64,000 nucleotides of DNA. Origin: an uncultured Chloroflexia bacterium (GTDB taxonomy: Bacteria > Chloroflexota > Limnocylindria > Limnocylindrales > CSP1-4). Both the position numbers and the translations under genes were made by a program. Below, one piece after another: positions 19,338 to 29,092 of this stretch (positions within the stretch are counted from its first letter, which is position 1; each line of letters opens with the position of its first letter). The notes beneath the pieces were generated by a model. It had not been told where the DNA came from. It did no database searches and saw only the letters and a list, made by a program, of their open reading frames with translations. Location of the stretch: positions 1 through 64,000 of the forward strand of contig CAVVYR010000004.1 of NCBI GenBank assembly GCA_963752475.1, read 5' to 3'.

Positions 19338-20825
19338 CTAGGCCCGGTACCGCTCCTCTGGCTCGGGCTTGATGCGCAGGATGCGGCCGATGACCCGCTT
19401 GCTCGATTCGGGCCGGCTGAAGGCGATGCCGATGATGATGAGGATCACGAAGTTGAGCATGCCCACGCCCATGGCGTTCATATAGCCCAGCTGCTGGCCG
19501 ACCTCACCCTTGATCGCGAGACCGGGGATGGTGGCACCGGCGATGCCGAGCTGGAAGAACGGTGGTCGCGGGGAGATCTCCGCACGCAGCGAGCCGTCGG
19601 TCGCGCCATCGGGCGTCTCACCACCGAAGACGAAGGCGTGCGCTCCGACACCCACGATGGGTGCCGCGGCCGTGGCCACGGGCAGGTCCGTCTGCTCCAG
19701 GCGCTCCCAGCCCTCGTAGTCGCCGGTGAGCGTGTCGGGCACGGCCCACATCATCGAGTCGGTCGGTGCGCCATCAGCATCGAAGCCGCCGATGACGTAG
19801 ATGGCGCCGTTCGAGGTGAAGGTGGTGGCGTCGGTGCGTGCCTCGGGCAGCGCCTCCGACGGCGGTGCCACGGCCCAGCCGACGAGGTTGCCGGCTTCGT
19901 CGGTCTCCGCCTCACCCTCGTGGAGGTTGAGCCGGAAGACGGTCTCGGTGGCGCCCTCGGGACCCTCGCCGCCGACCACGTACACGAAGTCGGAGATCAT
20001 GGCCGCGACCACATCGGTGCGCTCCTCCGGCAGCGCCAGGTTCTCGAGCGGCTCCCACGGCTGCAGCACCTGCCCCGCCTCGTCGGTCCATGCGAGGTAG
20101 ACGCCGTTGGTGGGGTCGCCTTCGGCGTCGGTGCCGCCTACGAGCACGAAGCCGGCTGAGCCGGTGACCACGCCCGCGCCGGCCAGCGGCTGCGGCAGCG
20201 TCAGGTCGACGGTGCGATCCTCGCCGTCCGACAGCTCCCAGCCGGTGAGCACGCCCTCCTCGACGATGCCCTTGTAGACGGTGCTGGTGGGAGTGCCGGA
20301 GGCGTCGTAGCCGCCCATGAGGTAGGGGATCCCGGAGAAGAGGCCGACGGTCGCGTCCGAGCGCGGCTCGGGCAGCGGCGTACCCTCGGTCCAGGGGACG
20401 AGGTTGCCGTCTTCGGTGATCTCGGTCAGGAGCACCTCGTCGGTGGCCGTGCCATCGACGGTCCCGCCGAGCAGGTAGACCGTGGAGCCGGACTGGAAGA
20501 CGGACGATCCCGACCGTCCGGCCGGCATGGCCAGCTCCTCTGGCGAGGCCTGCCACGGCTTCATGGCGCCCGCCGGCGCCGGACAGGGCAGATCCTCGTT
20601 GTCCGCCGGACAGAGGTTGACGATCGAGGCGAAGTTGTAACCCACCTGGATGGTGTTGCTGGTGGTGATGTAGTACGCCCAGTTGGGGACCACTCCGAGC
20701 ATGAAGATGATGAACAGGAACCAGAAGGTCGCCTTCAGCCCGGCCCACGTCCAGCCGTCCGCGTCGAACAGCCCGAAGGCAGCTCGGCGGCGAGCGGCGC
20801 CCTGTGGAAGTGCTTGCTGTGCCAC
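19338..20825 (-). CDS. Kelch-repeat membrane protein (last gene of the Rieske/cytb operon)
   Basis: GTG start with GGGAGAGG RBS; N- and C-terminal TM helices; six GG-containing Kelch blades (VYLLGG, PYLMGG, FVLVGG, VYVVGG, IYVIGG, AFVFGG). It is fused in the ORF track only because of upstream frameshifts. Confidence 0.8.
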   Translation of the reverse strand: MAQQALPQGAARRRAAFGLFDADGWTWAGLKATFWFLFIIFMLGVVPNWAYYITTSNTIQVGYNFASIVNLCPADNEDLPCPAPAGAMKPWQASPEELAMPAGRSGSSVFQSGSTVYLLGGTVDGTATDEVLLTEITEDGNLVPWTEGTPLPEPRSDATVGLFSGIPYLMGGYDASGTPTSTVYKGIVEEGVLTGWELSDGEDRTVDLTLPQPLAGAGVVTGSAGFVLVGGTDAEGDPTNGVYLAWTDEAGQVLQPWEPLENLALPEERTDVVAAMISDFVYVVGGEGPEGATETVFRLNLHEGEAETDEAGNLVGWAVAPPSEALPEARTDATTFTSNGAIYVIGGFDADGAPTDSMMWAVPDTLTGDYEGWERLEQTDLPVATAAAPIVGVGAHAFVFGGETPDGATDGSLRAEISPRPPFFQLGIAGATIPGLAIKGEVGQQLGYMNAMGVGMLNFVILIIIGIAFSRPESSKRVIGRILRIKPEPEERYRA

Positions 20826-20838
20826 GTCCTCTCCCGTC

Positions 20839-22517
20839 CTAGCCCTGAGATCTCGAAGTTGCCGTACATGCCGGCAGCGTAGTGGCCGGGGATCGTGCAA
20901 CCGAACTGCAGCACCCGCGGCACCTTCCTCGGGCACGGTCCATGTCAGCGTCTGCACGCCGCTCCTGCCAGGTGGGGATGCCGATGTCGGTCTCGGCAAT
21001 GGGCTGTGACAGGTCCGCGGCGGGGCCGATCCAGAAGTTGTGGTCGAAGCCGGCGGTGTTGTCGATGACGAACTCGATGGTCTCGCCGGGCGTGACCGCG
21101 ATCGATGGTCAGGAGGGTGCCCGTCCTCGCCGGTGAACTGCAGCGCGGCCGTTGCTTCATGTTGATGACGCGCGGCTGGCCGGCGGTCCGCCGTCGTCGG
21201 CCGGCGCTGTCCTCGGTCGGTAGAGCATCCTCGGCGCCGGCCGTAGCCTGCGCAGCGGCCGTGCTCCTCGGCGGGAGTCCCTCCGCAGCCGGAGCCGGCA
21301 TCAGCCGTGACGAGCGGGCCGTGCATCGGCGTGTAGTGGCCGGGCACGGTGCAGGCGAACTGCAGGCCCTCGACACCCTCTTCGGGCACCGTCCAGGTCA
21401 ACGTCTGGACGCCACTCTGCCAGGTGGGGATGCCGACCTCGGTCTCGGCGAAGGAGCCCTGCAGCACGTCCGCGGGGCCGATGTAGAAGTTGTGGTCGAA
21501 GCCGGCGGTGTTGTCGATGACGAACTCGACGGTCTCGCCGGGCACGAGGCCGAGCTCGGTGACCTGCGCGCCGGAGGTATCGGTGAACTGCAGTGCCGAG
21601 TTGGCCAGGAGCTCGATCTGGCGCGGGGCGTCGGGCGTGCCGCCGGAGACGGCCGGTGTGCTGCCGGCATCGGTCGAACCGGTGCTGGTGTCAGTGCCGG
21701 TATCGGTGCCGCCGGTGGAGCCGGAGTCGGTCGCCGCGGTCAGGCCGTTGGGCGCCTTCCAGCAGGCAGGCACGGGCGTGTCGTCGGGGGCGGGCTCGTA
21801 GTCCAGATCGCGCCAGCCGGCCACGACCTCGGGCTCGCCGGGGTCCTCATCGGCCTCACCGTGGGATTCGACGTGGAGTTCGAAGACGATGTCCTGGCTG
21901 GCCGTGAGCCAGGCGATGAGCTCCTCCACCTGGCGATAGTTGAGCGGACCGTTGGGCTCCTGCCAGGAGGCCATGAGGCTGTCCGGATCGCCGCAGACGT
22001 AGCGGCCTCCGACGACGAGGACGTTCTCGAGGAAGTCGGGGTTGAGATGGCCGGTGCCGGGATCGCCCGCAGGCGTGAGCACGTTGTAGAGCTTGCCCTG
22101 GTCGTTGAGCCGGGGACCGATGCCGCCCTGGCCGGCGTCGCCATGGCACTCGGCGCAGTTGGCGATGTAGAGCTCGTAGCCTCGGGCCACGTCGGTCACG
22201 TACTGGGCCTCCGTCTCGGCCACCATGCGGCCCTCGGCGCCGAGTGCGGGGATGCCGTTCTCGTAGAACCAGTAGACCGGGATGAAGAGCGAGATGAGCA
22301 GGATGGCCAGGAACACGACGCTGCGGGCATTGGCGCTCTGGCGCACGATCTTCGCCGACCGCTCCTCGGTCAGGCCCACGCTGTGGGCGCGCGGGCCGGC
22401 GGAGAACCGCTCGACGTCACGGCTCTCGCCATCGACCGGCGTCAGCGACGCGTCGGTCGCCTCGACGTCGGCCGGCTCACGCGGCGTGAGCTCGCGCCCG
22501 CTCTTGTCTTCTGCCAT
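20839..22517 (-). CDS. Membrane-anchored cytochrome c fused to two type-1 copper (cupredoxin) domains; indels in the second domain
   Basis: TM helix and CAECH heme motif; two repeats DNTAGFDHNF…CTVPGHYTPM and DNTAGFDHNF…CTIPGHYAAGM; several frameshifts at 20840-21290. Confidence 0.8.
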
Positions 22518-23185
22518 CAGATGCAGCCCTGCGGCGACCTGGCCGGGATGAGGCCGGGCTGGCCCAGGGCCACCGGCAGCGGACCGAGCACGACCTTGCT
22601 GGTGTCGACGATGAGGTTGCCATCCTGGACCGCGTGGGCGAAGCGATCCATGCCGCGAGGCGCGGGGCCGAGCTCCTGGACCTTGATGCCCAGGCGGTCG
22701 TAGCGCGAGCCGTGGCAGGGGCACTCGAACCAGAAGTTGGACTCACAGAAGTTGGGCTTGCAGCCGAGGTGGGGGCACTTCTGGAACATGGTGGTCACGT
22801 TGGTGACGGTGCCCTCACCGTCGGGCGAGTCGCCGTTCTGGAAGCCGAGGTTGGGGTCGTTGAGGATGACGAACGTGCGCGCCGTGGGGAAGTACGAGGG
22901 TGCGCCATCGCTGAGCGTGAGGCCCTGGATCTCCGGGCTCTCCGAGACGGTCTGGATGCTGCCGAGGTTGATGGTGCCGCCGAAACCACGCGAGAGGTTG
23001 GGCCAGAGGAAGCCGATGGAGCCGGCCGCGACCTCCAGCAGCCAGAGGGCCACGGCTGCGCCGATCGAGCGGCGGATGAGCTGGCGACGGGTGAGGCCGC
23101 CGGTCTTGGCGCTGCGCATCTCGCGCTGGACCGCCGGCGTCAGCGTCTGGGGCTCTTGTGGCCGAGTCAGCTTCCAGTTACCCAT
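22517..23185 (-). CDS. qcrA: Rieske [2Fe-2S] subunit of menaquinol:cytochrome c reductase
   Basis: Tat-like LTRRQLI plus TM helix; CPHLGC and CPCHGSRY. Confidence 0.95.
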   Translation of the reverse strand: MGNWKLTRPQEPQTLTPAVQREMRSAKTGGLTRRQLIRRSIGAAVALWLLEVAAGSIGFLWPNLSRGFGGTINLGSIQTVSESPEIQGLTLSDGAPSYFPTARTFVILNDPNLGFQNGDSPDGEGTVTNVTTMFQKCPHLGCKPNFCESNFWFECPCHGSRYDRLGIKVQELGPAPRGMDRFAHAVQDGNLIVDTSKVVLGPLPVALGQPGLIPARSPQGCI

Positions 23186-23191
23186 CGATCC

Positions 23192-23836
23192 CTACAGTGC
23201 GAAGAAGAAGCCCTCCCACGGCATCGTCCAGGCGTAGCCCGGGCCGCGGAAGAAGGCGCCGAGGAAGGTGATGGCCAGGCCAGCACCCATGAACAGCGTG
23301 AAGAGCATCACGCCGACCTTGCGGTCGGAGGGACGCGGTGAACCGCCGTCGCCCTTGGGGCCACGATCGATGAACGGAACGAGCGCGGCGCCGACGAGGA
23401 TGACGGTCGGGGCCAGCACGCCCGCGACGGTCGGGTGGAAGTAGGCCAGCAACTCCTGCAGGCCGACGAAGTACCAGGGGGCCTTGGCCACGGCGGGTGT
23501 GACGTTGCCGTTGGCCAGCTCCTCGAGCGGTGCGTTGACGAAGACGCCCATGAGCAGCAGGAAGATGCTCATCATCGCCGCCGCGAAGAACTCGATGCTG
23601 AGCAGGTGCGGCCAGGTCATGACCGTGTCGTCCGGCTCCTTCTGGACGCGGACGACGGCGTCCTGCTTGACCAGGGCCAGCAGCCGGTAGGGCTTGGCGG
23701 CCATGGGCACGCGTTGCTTGTCGATCTCCGTCACGCGCCGCTCGGGCGGCGCGGCAGGCAGGGTCGAACGCCGTTCCGGCTGTGAGGCCGGTGGTGCGGC
23801 GGGAACCTCGTGGGGCTTCTTGCTCTCGTCGCTCAT
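23192..23836 (-). CDS. petD: Cytochrome b C-terminal part / subunit IV
   Basis: TWPHLL, APLEELAN…TPAVAKAPWYF (PEWY-equivalent), LVPFIDR; three TM helices. Confidence 0.88.
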   Translation of the reverse strand: MSDESKKPHEVPAAPPASQPERRSTLPAAPPERRVTEIDKQRVPMAAKPYRLLALVKQDAVVRVQKEPDDTVMTWPHLLSIEFFAAAMMSIFLLLMGVFVNAPLEELANGNVTPAVAKAPWYFVGLQELLAYFHPTVAGVLAPTVILVGAALVPFIDRGPKGDGGSPRPSDRKVGVMLFTLFMGAGLAITFLGAFFRGPGYAWTMPWEGFFFAL

Positions 23837-23851
23837 CGTTGGTCTCTCGGT

Positions 23852-24580
23852 CTACAGCGGACCGCTGATGCCTCCGTCCTTGCGGATGCGCCAGAAGTGG
23901 ACGGCCAGGAAGATGGCCGCCACCAGCGGCATGAGGATCACGTGCAGGACGTAGAAGCGGAGCAGCGTGTTCTGCCCGACCTCGATGCCACCCAGGAGCA
24001 GCAGCTGGCTGGGGGTGTTGAAGAGCGGCGCGAACGTGGCCATGTTGGTGCCGATGGTGATGGCCCAGTAGGCGATCTGGTCCCACGGCAGCAGGTAGCC
24101 GGTGAAGGAGAGGAAGACGGTCAGCAGCAGGAGCACCACGCCGACCACCCAGTTGAACTCACGCGGTGGCTTGTAGGCGCCGTGGTAGAACACGCGCATC
24201 ATGTGCAGGAAGACGAAGAACACCATCAGGTGCGCCGCCCATCTGTGGATATTGCGTGTCAGCAAGCCGAAGGGCACCTCTGCCTGGATGCGCAGGATGT
24301 CCGAGTAGGCCTGGGTAGCGGACGGGACGTAGAAGAACATGAGGTACACGCCCGTCACCGTCAGCACCAGGAAGAAGAAGAACGAGAGGCCGCCGAGACA
24401 GAAGGTGTAGGCGAACTTCACCGCGTGCTGGCGCACCCGCACCGGATGGAGGTGCAGGAACACGTTGTTCATCACCGCCATGGCGCGCGAGCGCTCGTCG
24501 CTGGGATAGGGCTGTCGGAAGATCGACCGGAAGACCGCGCTGTTGCGGATGCCGTGGTCGATACGTTCGAGGAAGCTCAA
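23852..24580 (-). CDS. qcrB: Cytochrome b6-like subunit
   Basis: FCLGG (heme ci Cys), [37 protein letters not shown]-x14-H; TTG start inferred. Confidence 0.93.
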   Translation of the reverse strand: MSFLERIDHGIRNSAVFRSIFRQPYPSDERSRAMAVMNNVFLHLHPVRVRQHAVKFAYTFCLGGLSFFFFLVLTVTGVYLMFFYVPSATQAYSDILRIQAEVPFGLLTRNIHRWAAHLMVFFVFLHMMRVFYHGAYKPPREFNWVVGVVLLLLTVFLSFTGYLLPWDQIAYWAITIGTNMATFAPLFNTPSQLLLLGGIEVGQNTLLRFYVLHVILMPLVAAIFLAVHFWRIRKDGGISGPL

Positions 24581-24593
24581 CGCCGTATCACCG

Positions 24594-26450
24594 TCATCGA
24601 GGTGTGTGTCCCCCTGCGTCTGCCTGGTTTCCGACACCCGCCAGCCCGAGCTGGGTGTCACGGTAAGACTCCTTGTAGAGCCTACCGTCCTCACTGAGCT
24701 CCTGCATCTCGAACCGCTCCATCGTGATCGCGTCGTAGGGGCAACGCTTCACGCACAGGGCGCAACGGATACAGCGCTCCTCGTCGAGGACCATCGCTGC
24801 GCCCTGGGTCCAGCCGTAGCCGTCGACCAGCTCGGGCAGCGCGCCCTCCGACTTCATCTGGTTGACGTCGATCATGTGGATGACGCCCTCGGGGCAGACG
24901 TCCGCGCACGCACCGCAGAGGACGCAGCGGAAGCCGTCGAACCAGATGTTGTAGTTGCACATGAGGCAGCGCGTGGACTCGGTCACCGCGCCGTCCACGC
25001 TGTAGCCGATCTCCATCGGCGTGCTGAAGTTCACCGTGGGGTCATCCGACGGGATGCGGTCGGGCACGGGCACGACCGGGATGTGCTGCCGCGGCAGCGT
25101 GTCGTAGTACGCGGGCATGTCGTGGCGCGCGGAGCTGACGATGCGCACATCGGCCTCGACCTCCACGGTCGAGCGGCCGGAGAGGTAGCGGTCGACGGCG
25201 TAGGCGGCCTTCTTGCCGTGACCGGCAGCCTCGATGAGCGTGGTCGGGCCGGTCACGAAGTCGCCGCAGGCGAAGACGCCGCGGACGTTGGTGGCGTAGG
25301 TGCCGGGATCGACCCGCATGCGACCGCGGTTGATCTGGAAGCTGGCCTCGACCGGCAGGAAGGTGTTGTCGGCGGCCTGGCTCACGGCCGGGATGACGGT
25401 CTGCGCCGGGACGACGTACTCGCTGCCCTCGATGGGCACCGGACGGCGGCGGCCGGAGGCATCGGGCTCGCCCAGCTTGTTGCGCACGAACTTGACGCCG
25501 CCGATGTTGCCCTCGCCGTCGTCGATGAGCTCGACGGGGCTGACCAGGAAGTCCATGGTCACGCCCTCGCGCTCGGTCTCGCCCAGCTCCTCCTCGTCGA
25601 CGACCAGCTCCGAGCGGGTGCGGCGGTAGGCGATGGTCACGTTCTCCGCGCCATGACGGAGGCTGGTGCGCGAGCAGTCCATGGCGGTGTAGCCGCCACC
25701 GATGACGACCACATCCTTGCCCACCTGGAGCTCCTCACCGAGGTTGGCCTTCTTCATGAAGTCGACGCCGTACTGGATGCCGTTGAGCTCGTTACCCGGG
25801 ATGTCCAGCGGGACCGCGCTCATGGCACCGGCGCAGATGGCGATGGAGTCGAACTGCTCCTGCAGCTCCTCGAAGGTGATGTCGCGGCCGATGCGCGTAT
25901 CGAAGTGGAAGGCCACGCCCAACCGCTCGACGAGCTTGAAGTCCATCTCGATGGCCTCGCGCGGGAGGCGGAAGGCGGGCACGCCCACGAGCATCGTGCC
26001 ACCGGCCATGGGCAGCTCGTCGTAGACGGTGACCTGGTGGCCTGCCACGGCCAGCTCACGGGCCACAGCCAGGCCGGCGGGGCCGGCACCGATGACCGCG
26101 ACCTTCGTGTCGCGCGGGGTGATCAGGGGCATCTCGTCAGGGATGCCGGACTGCGCATGCCACTCGACGAGGAAGCGCTTCATGGCGCGGATGGCCAGCG
26201 GGCGATCGATATCGCCACGGCGGCAAGCGCGCTCGCAGGGCGCGGAGCAGACGTACGAGCACATCGCAGCCACGGGGTTGGGCTCACGAGAAAGGATGTA
26301 GCCCTCCTCGAAACGCCCTTCGGCCGCGAGGTTCAGGTACCCGCGGCAGTTCGTGCCCACGGGGCACGCTTCCTGGCACTCGATGTTGCACTGGAGCCAG
26401 GAGGCGTCCACGGGCTGGACGAGGAATTCCTGGCCGGTGTCGATGACCAC
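24594..26450 (-). CDS. NAD(P)H-dependent FAD/[4Fe-4S] oxidoreductase (GltD/NfnB/DsrL-like) with C-terminal 2x[4Fe-4S] ferredoxin
   Basis: CQEACP…[65 protein letters not shown]; GTG start after GAGGGG. Confidence 0.9.
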   Translation of the reverse strand: MVIDTGQEFLVQPVDASWLQCNIECQEACPVGTNCRGYLNLAAEGRFEEGYILSREPNPVAAMCSYVCSAPCERACRRGDIDRPLAIRAMKRFLVEWHAQSGIPDEMPLITPRDTKVAVIGAGPAGLAVARELAVAGHQVTVYDELPMAGGTMLVGVPAFRLPREAIEMDFKLVERLGVAFHFDTRIGRDITFEELQEQFDSIAICAGAMSAVPLDIPGNELNGIQYGVDFMKKANLGEELQVGKDVVVIGGGYTAMDCSRTSLRHGAENVTIAYRRTRSELVVDEEELGETEREGVTMDFLVSPVELIDDGEGNIGGVKFVRNKLGEPDASGRRRPVPIEGSEYVVPAQTVIPAVSQAADNTFLPVEASFQINRGRMRVDPGTYATNVRGVFACGDFVTGPTTLIEAAGHGKKAAYAVDRYLSGRSTVEVEADVRIVSSARHDMPAYYDTLPRQHIPVVPVPDRIPSDDPTVNFSTPMEIGYSVDGAVTESTRCLMCNYNIWFDGFRCVLCGACADVCPEGVIHMIDVNQMKSEGALPELVDGYGWTQGAAMVLDEERCIRCALCVKRCPYDAITMERFEMQELSEDGRLYKESYRDTQLGLAGVGNQADAGGHTPR

Positions 26451-26663
26451 GCTGTGATCGGCTCCCCTCAACCTGGGTATGCGGCAAGACTGATCACGCC
26501 CCTCGGCGTGAGTGGGCTGGAATCTACCATCGGCACCGGGTTCTCTGCCGGATCGATTAGCGCCGGAGTAGCCCTTTGTGCTGTCGAGATGGTGTCCGCA
26601 CCCGATGGGGACCCTGACCTTCTGACCGTTGACCCTGAGCGTGGCGGCTCCTATGTTGGTCCG

Positions 26664-27830
26664 ATGAGCACGCGACAGCAGGTGCCCGGCGGCTGGGGAT
26701 CCGATGCATGCGCCGAGGTTCGCGCGGCGGTCGACGCCCGCTGCGAGGAGTCGCACGCGGCCACGCAGGCCCACGCGCTCGTGGTCGAGCGGGTCCGAGC
26801 GCTGAAGCGTGACCTGGTCGCAGCCGAGCATCGACGCGACGAGGCCGTGGCTGCCGATGACCCCCGGATGCGCGCGGCCGAGAAGACGGCGGCACGGGAC
26901 ACCTACCAGATGGCGCGAACCGCGGCCGAGACCGACGACGAGGTGCGCGAGGCCACCGCCGCCTGGGCCAAGGCCCTTGACCGCATCAACCGCACGGCCA
27001 CGCTTCGTCGCCGCGAGGTCGCCAAGGCCGAAGCGGCCGTGACCACACTCGAGAGCGTCCTGCGTTCGATCGTACGTGAGGAGCAGACCGTCCGACTGCA
27101 CGCCGACCAGGCCGAGGCCGCGTGCATGGATGCCCGCGTCCGGCTGGCGGCCTGCGAGGAGGATTCCCAGGCGCCCGCGACCACGACGGCCACGGTCTTC
27201 GAGCCTCACAGCGGCACCGGCGGCCATGCTGTGGCCATCAGCGACACCTCCGCAGGCGCGCCGCTTGTGATCGAATCCATGGTCAGCGGCGATCGAGTGG
27301 CCCTGGAGCTGGCCGCGGCCCGAGTCGCCGAGCAGGTCGGCCAATCTCCCGCCGAGATCCAGCTACAGCTCCAGGAGCTGCTCGACGCGGTGCTCTCGGC
27401 CGCGGCCGAGGATGGCTTCCTGGTGTTCGACCAGGCCCATCACTTCTGGAGTGGCCTGACGTTCGAGGAGGCTCGCGACGTCATCGACGCGCTGGCCCGC
27501 CTCGGTTTCGTCTTGGAGCCCGCCGAGGGCTGGCACGCGGGGCGGGCACCAGCGCCGTCGGACCTCTCGATGGCGTTGGCCTACGCCGGCCTCGACGCTC
27601 GCAACATGCGCGATCTGCCGTCGGCCGACGACCTGCGCATGCTGCCGGGATCGATCGGCGTCGACGCACGCGCGTTCCTTGCGGCGCGGGCACCGGAGCT
27701 GACGGTCGACAACGTCGTTCGCGCTCTGGGCCGCCGGGCGAGCACGCTCGAGCCGCTATGGAACGAATGGGGCCAGGTCCGGCCGACGCTGCTCAGCGAC
27801 CGCCACGCGCTGGGGTCGGTGCCCGGCTGA
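26664..27830 (+). CDS. Hypothetical protein with N-terminal coiled coil
   Basis: 388-aa segment of ORF 24543-27830 from MSTRQQ, with high-GC codon usage and A/E/R-rich helical N-half. Confidence 0.7.
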   Translation: MSTRQQVPGGWGSDACAEVRAAVDARCEESHAATQAHALVVERVRALKRDLVAAEHRRDEAVAADDPRMRAAEKTAARDTYQMARTAAETDDEVREATAAWAKALDRINRTATLRRREVAKAEAAVTTLESVLRSIVREEQTVRLHADQAEAACMDARVRLAACEEDSQAPATTTATVFEPHSGTGGHAVAISDTSAGAPLVIESMVSGDRVALELAAARVAEQVGQSPAEIQLQLQELLDAVLSAAAEDGFLVFDQAHHFWSGLTFEEARDVIDALARLGFVLEPAEGWHAGRAPAPSDLSMALAYAGLDARNMRDLPSADDLRMLPGSIGVDARAFLAARAPELTVDNVVRALGRRASTLEPLWNEWGQVRPTLLSDRHALGSVPG

Positions 27831-28404
27831 CCGCCTGGGAGCGCAGGTCGATACGCTCGAGGTCCTCGCCCCGGAACAGGTAGAGCCGACCGACGTGGTG
27901 CGGCTCCAGACCTTCGGAGCGAACGAGGGCGGGGAAGGCCATGGCGTTGGCCGCGGCCGGCGAGACCGCATCGATCGCGGCCGTGCCGCACTCCCGGTGG
28001 TCGACGTCGTTGACGATGCCGTCGTCGCTGACGATGTCGCGGGGGTCGTGGGTGGCAACGGCATCAGGACGGTGTCGGCGGATCTGGCGGACGAGCCCCT
28101 CGCGCAAGGCCAGATCGTTGACCACGGCACCTTGGGGTCGATGCAGGAATGTCACCGAGGCGTAGCCGATGCGATCGGCAGCCTCGCGCAGTTCGGCCTC
28201 CTCTGCCGCGGCCAACGCGAGCGGATCGGCACCCGCGTCGTCCGAGTGACCGTCTCCACTGGTGCAACTGACCAGCCAGGCTTCGGTGCCCTGCTCCACC
28301 CAGCGGGTCACGGTCGTGCCGATACGGTCCACGTCACGCGGATGCGCGATCACCGCGAGCAGGCGCAAGGGCCGCTCGGTGGGCCCGGAATGTGTCCCAT
28401 TCAT
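27793..28404 (-). CDS. PIG-L/MshB family deacetylase-like protein, degenerate and short
   Basis: LLAVIAHPRD, CTSGD, IRRHRPDAVATHDP, DVDH. Confidence 0.7.
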   Translation of the reverse strand: MNGTHSGPTERPLRLLAVIAHPRDVDRIGTTVTRWVEQGTEAWLVSCTSGDGHSDDAGADPLALAAAEEAELREAADRIGYASVTFLHRPQGAVVNDLALREGLVRQIRRHRPDAVATHDPRDIVSDDGIVNDVDHRECGTAAIDAVSPAAANAMAFPALVRSEGLEPHHVGRLYLFRGEDLERIDLRSQAVSRAPTPARGGR

Positions 28405-28549
28405 GGCAGCTCATCCCTCGTTGGATACCTTCGTCACGACTGTCTCGAACCCGCCGGTCCGGCATTCAGCGCGACTTCGTGATCGTCGGTCTTAAAAAAC
28501 ACCGACGAAGTACTTGATTCTTCAGAAACTGCCGCTATCCTCTATCTAC

Positions 28550-28586
28550 GGCGTCGCTCGTCTCCCCCCACGAGCGACGCCTTTTC
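28550..28586 (+). terminator. Intrinsic terminator-like hairpin with U-tract on the + strand
   Basis: GGCGTCGCTCGT-CTCCCCCC-ACGAGCGACGCC-TTTT, 12-bp stem. Confidence 0.7.
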
Positions 28587-28609
28587 TGTGCCTGGGACCG
28601 CTCTCGTGC

Positions 28610-29092
28610 TCAGCCCGCGGCTTGGCGAACAGCCTCGAGGACCTCCGCGGCGTGGCCCTCGACCTTGACCTTGGGCCAGACCTTCGCGACCGTGCCTTCG
28701 GGGTCGATGAGGAACGTGGCGCGCCCGATGCCCCAGTACGTCTTGCCGTAGTTCTGCTTCTCGACCCACACGCCGTAGCGCTCGGCGACCGAGTGGTCGG
28801 GATCTGCCAGCAAGGGGAAGGTCAGCCCGTGCTGGGCCTTGAACTTCGCCTTCGATCCGGCGTCGAGGACGCTCACCGACCAGACGGTCGCGCCGGCATC
28901 CTCGAAGTCCGGCGTCAGGTCGCGAAAGTCGCAGACCTCGGTGGTGCAGCCGGGCGTGAAGTCCTTGGGGTAGAAGAAGAGCACGACCCAGCGGCCGCGC
29001 TGCGCTGCCAGTTCCTGGCTGGTGCCGGTGTCGTCGGAAAGGGTGAAGGCGGGGGCAGGATCGCCCACCGCGGGTAGGGCCGATGCGTTCAT
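28610..29092 (-). CDS. bcp: Bacterioferritin comigratory protein (BCP/PrxQ peroxiredoxin)
   Basis: FYPKDFTPGCTTEVCDFRD, RATFLIDPEG. Confidence 0.92.
   Translation of the reverse strand: MNASALPAVGDPAPAFTLSDDTGTSQELAAQRGRWVVLFFYPKDFTPGCTTEVCDFRDLTPDFEDAGATVWSVSVLDAGSKAKFKAQHGLTFPLLADPDHSVAERYGVWVEKQNYGKTYWGIGRATFLIDPEGTVAKVWPKVKVEGHAAEVLEAVRQAAG

Noticed and set aside
19338-22724. 1128-aa cytochrome c-cupredoxin-Kelch fusion in the ORF track
   Set aside because: The middle is out-of-frame text caused by indels. A TAG at 20839-20841 and an RBS plus GTG at 20825 indicate two genes.
24594-26450. Glutamate synthase small subunit (gltD) or true dsrL
   Set aside because: No gltB or dsr genes adjacent; it has an extra ferredoxin domain and a cytochrome b operon context
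24543-26663. N-terminal 707 aa of the 1095-aa plus-strand ORF, and many other long antisense ORFs
   Set aside because: Shadow ORFs typical of high-GC DNA opposite well-supported genes
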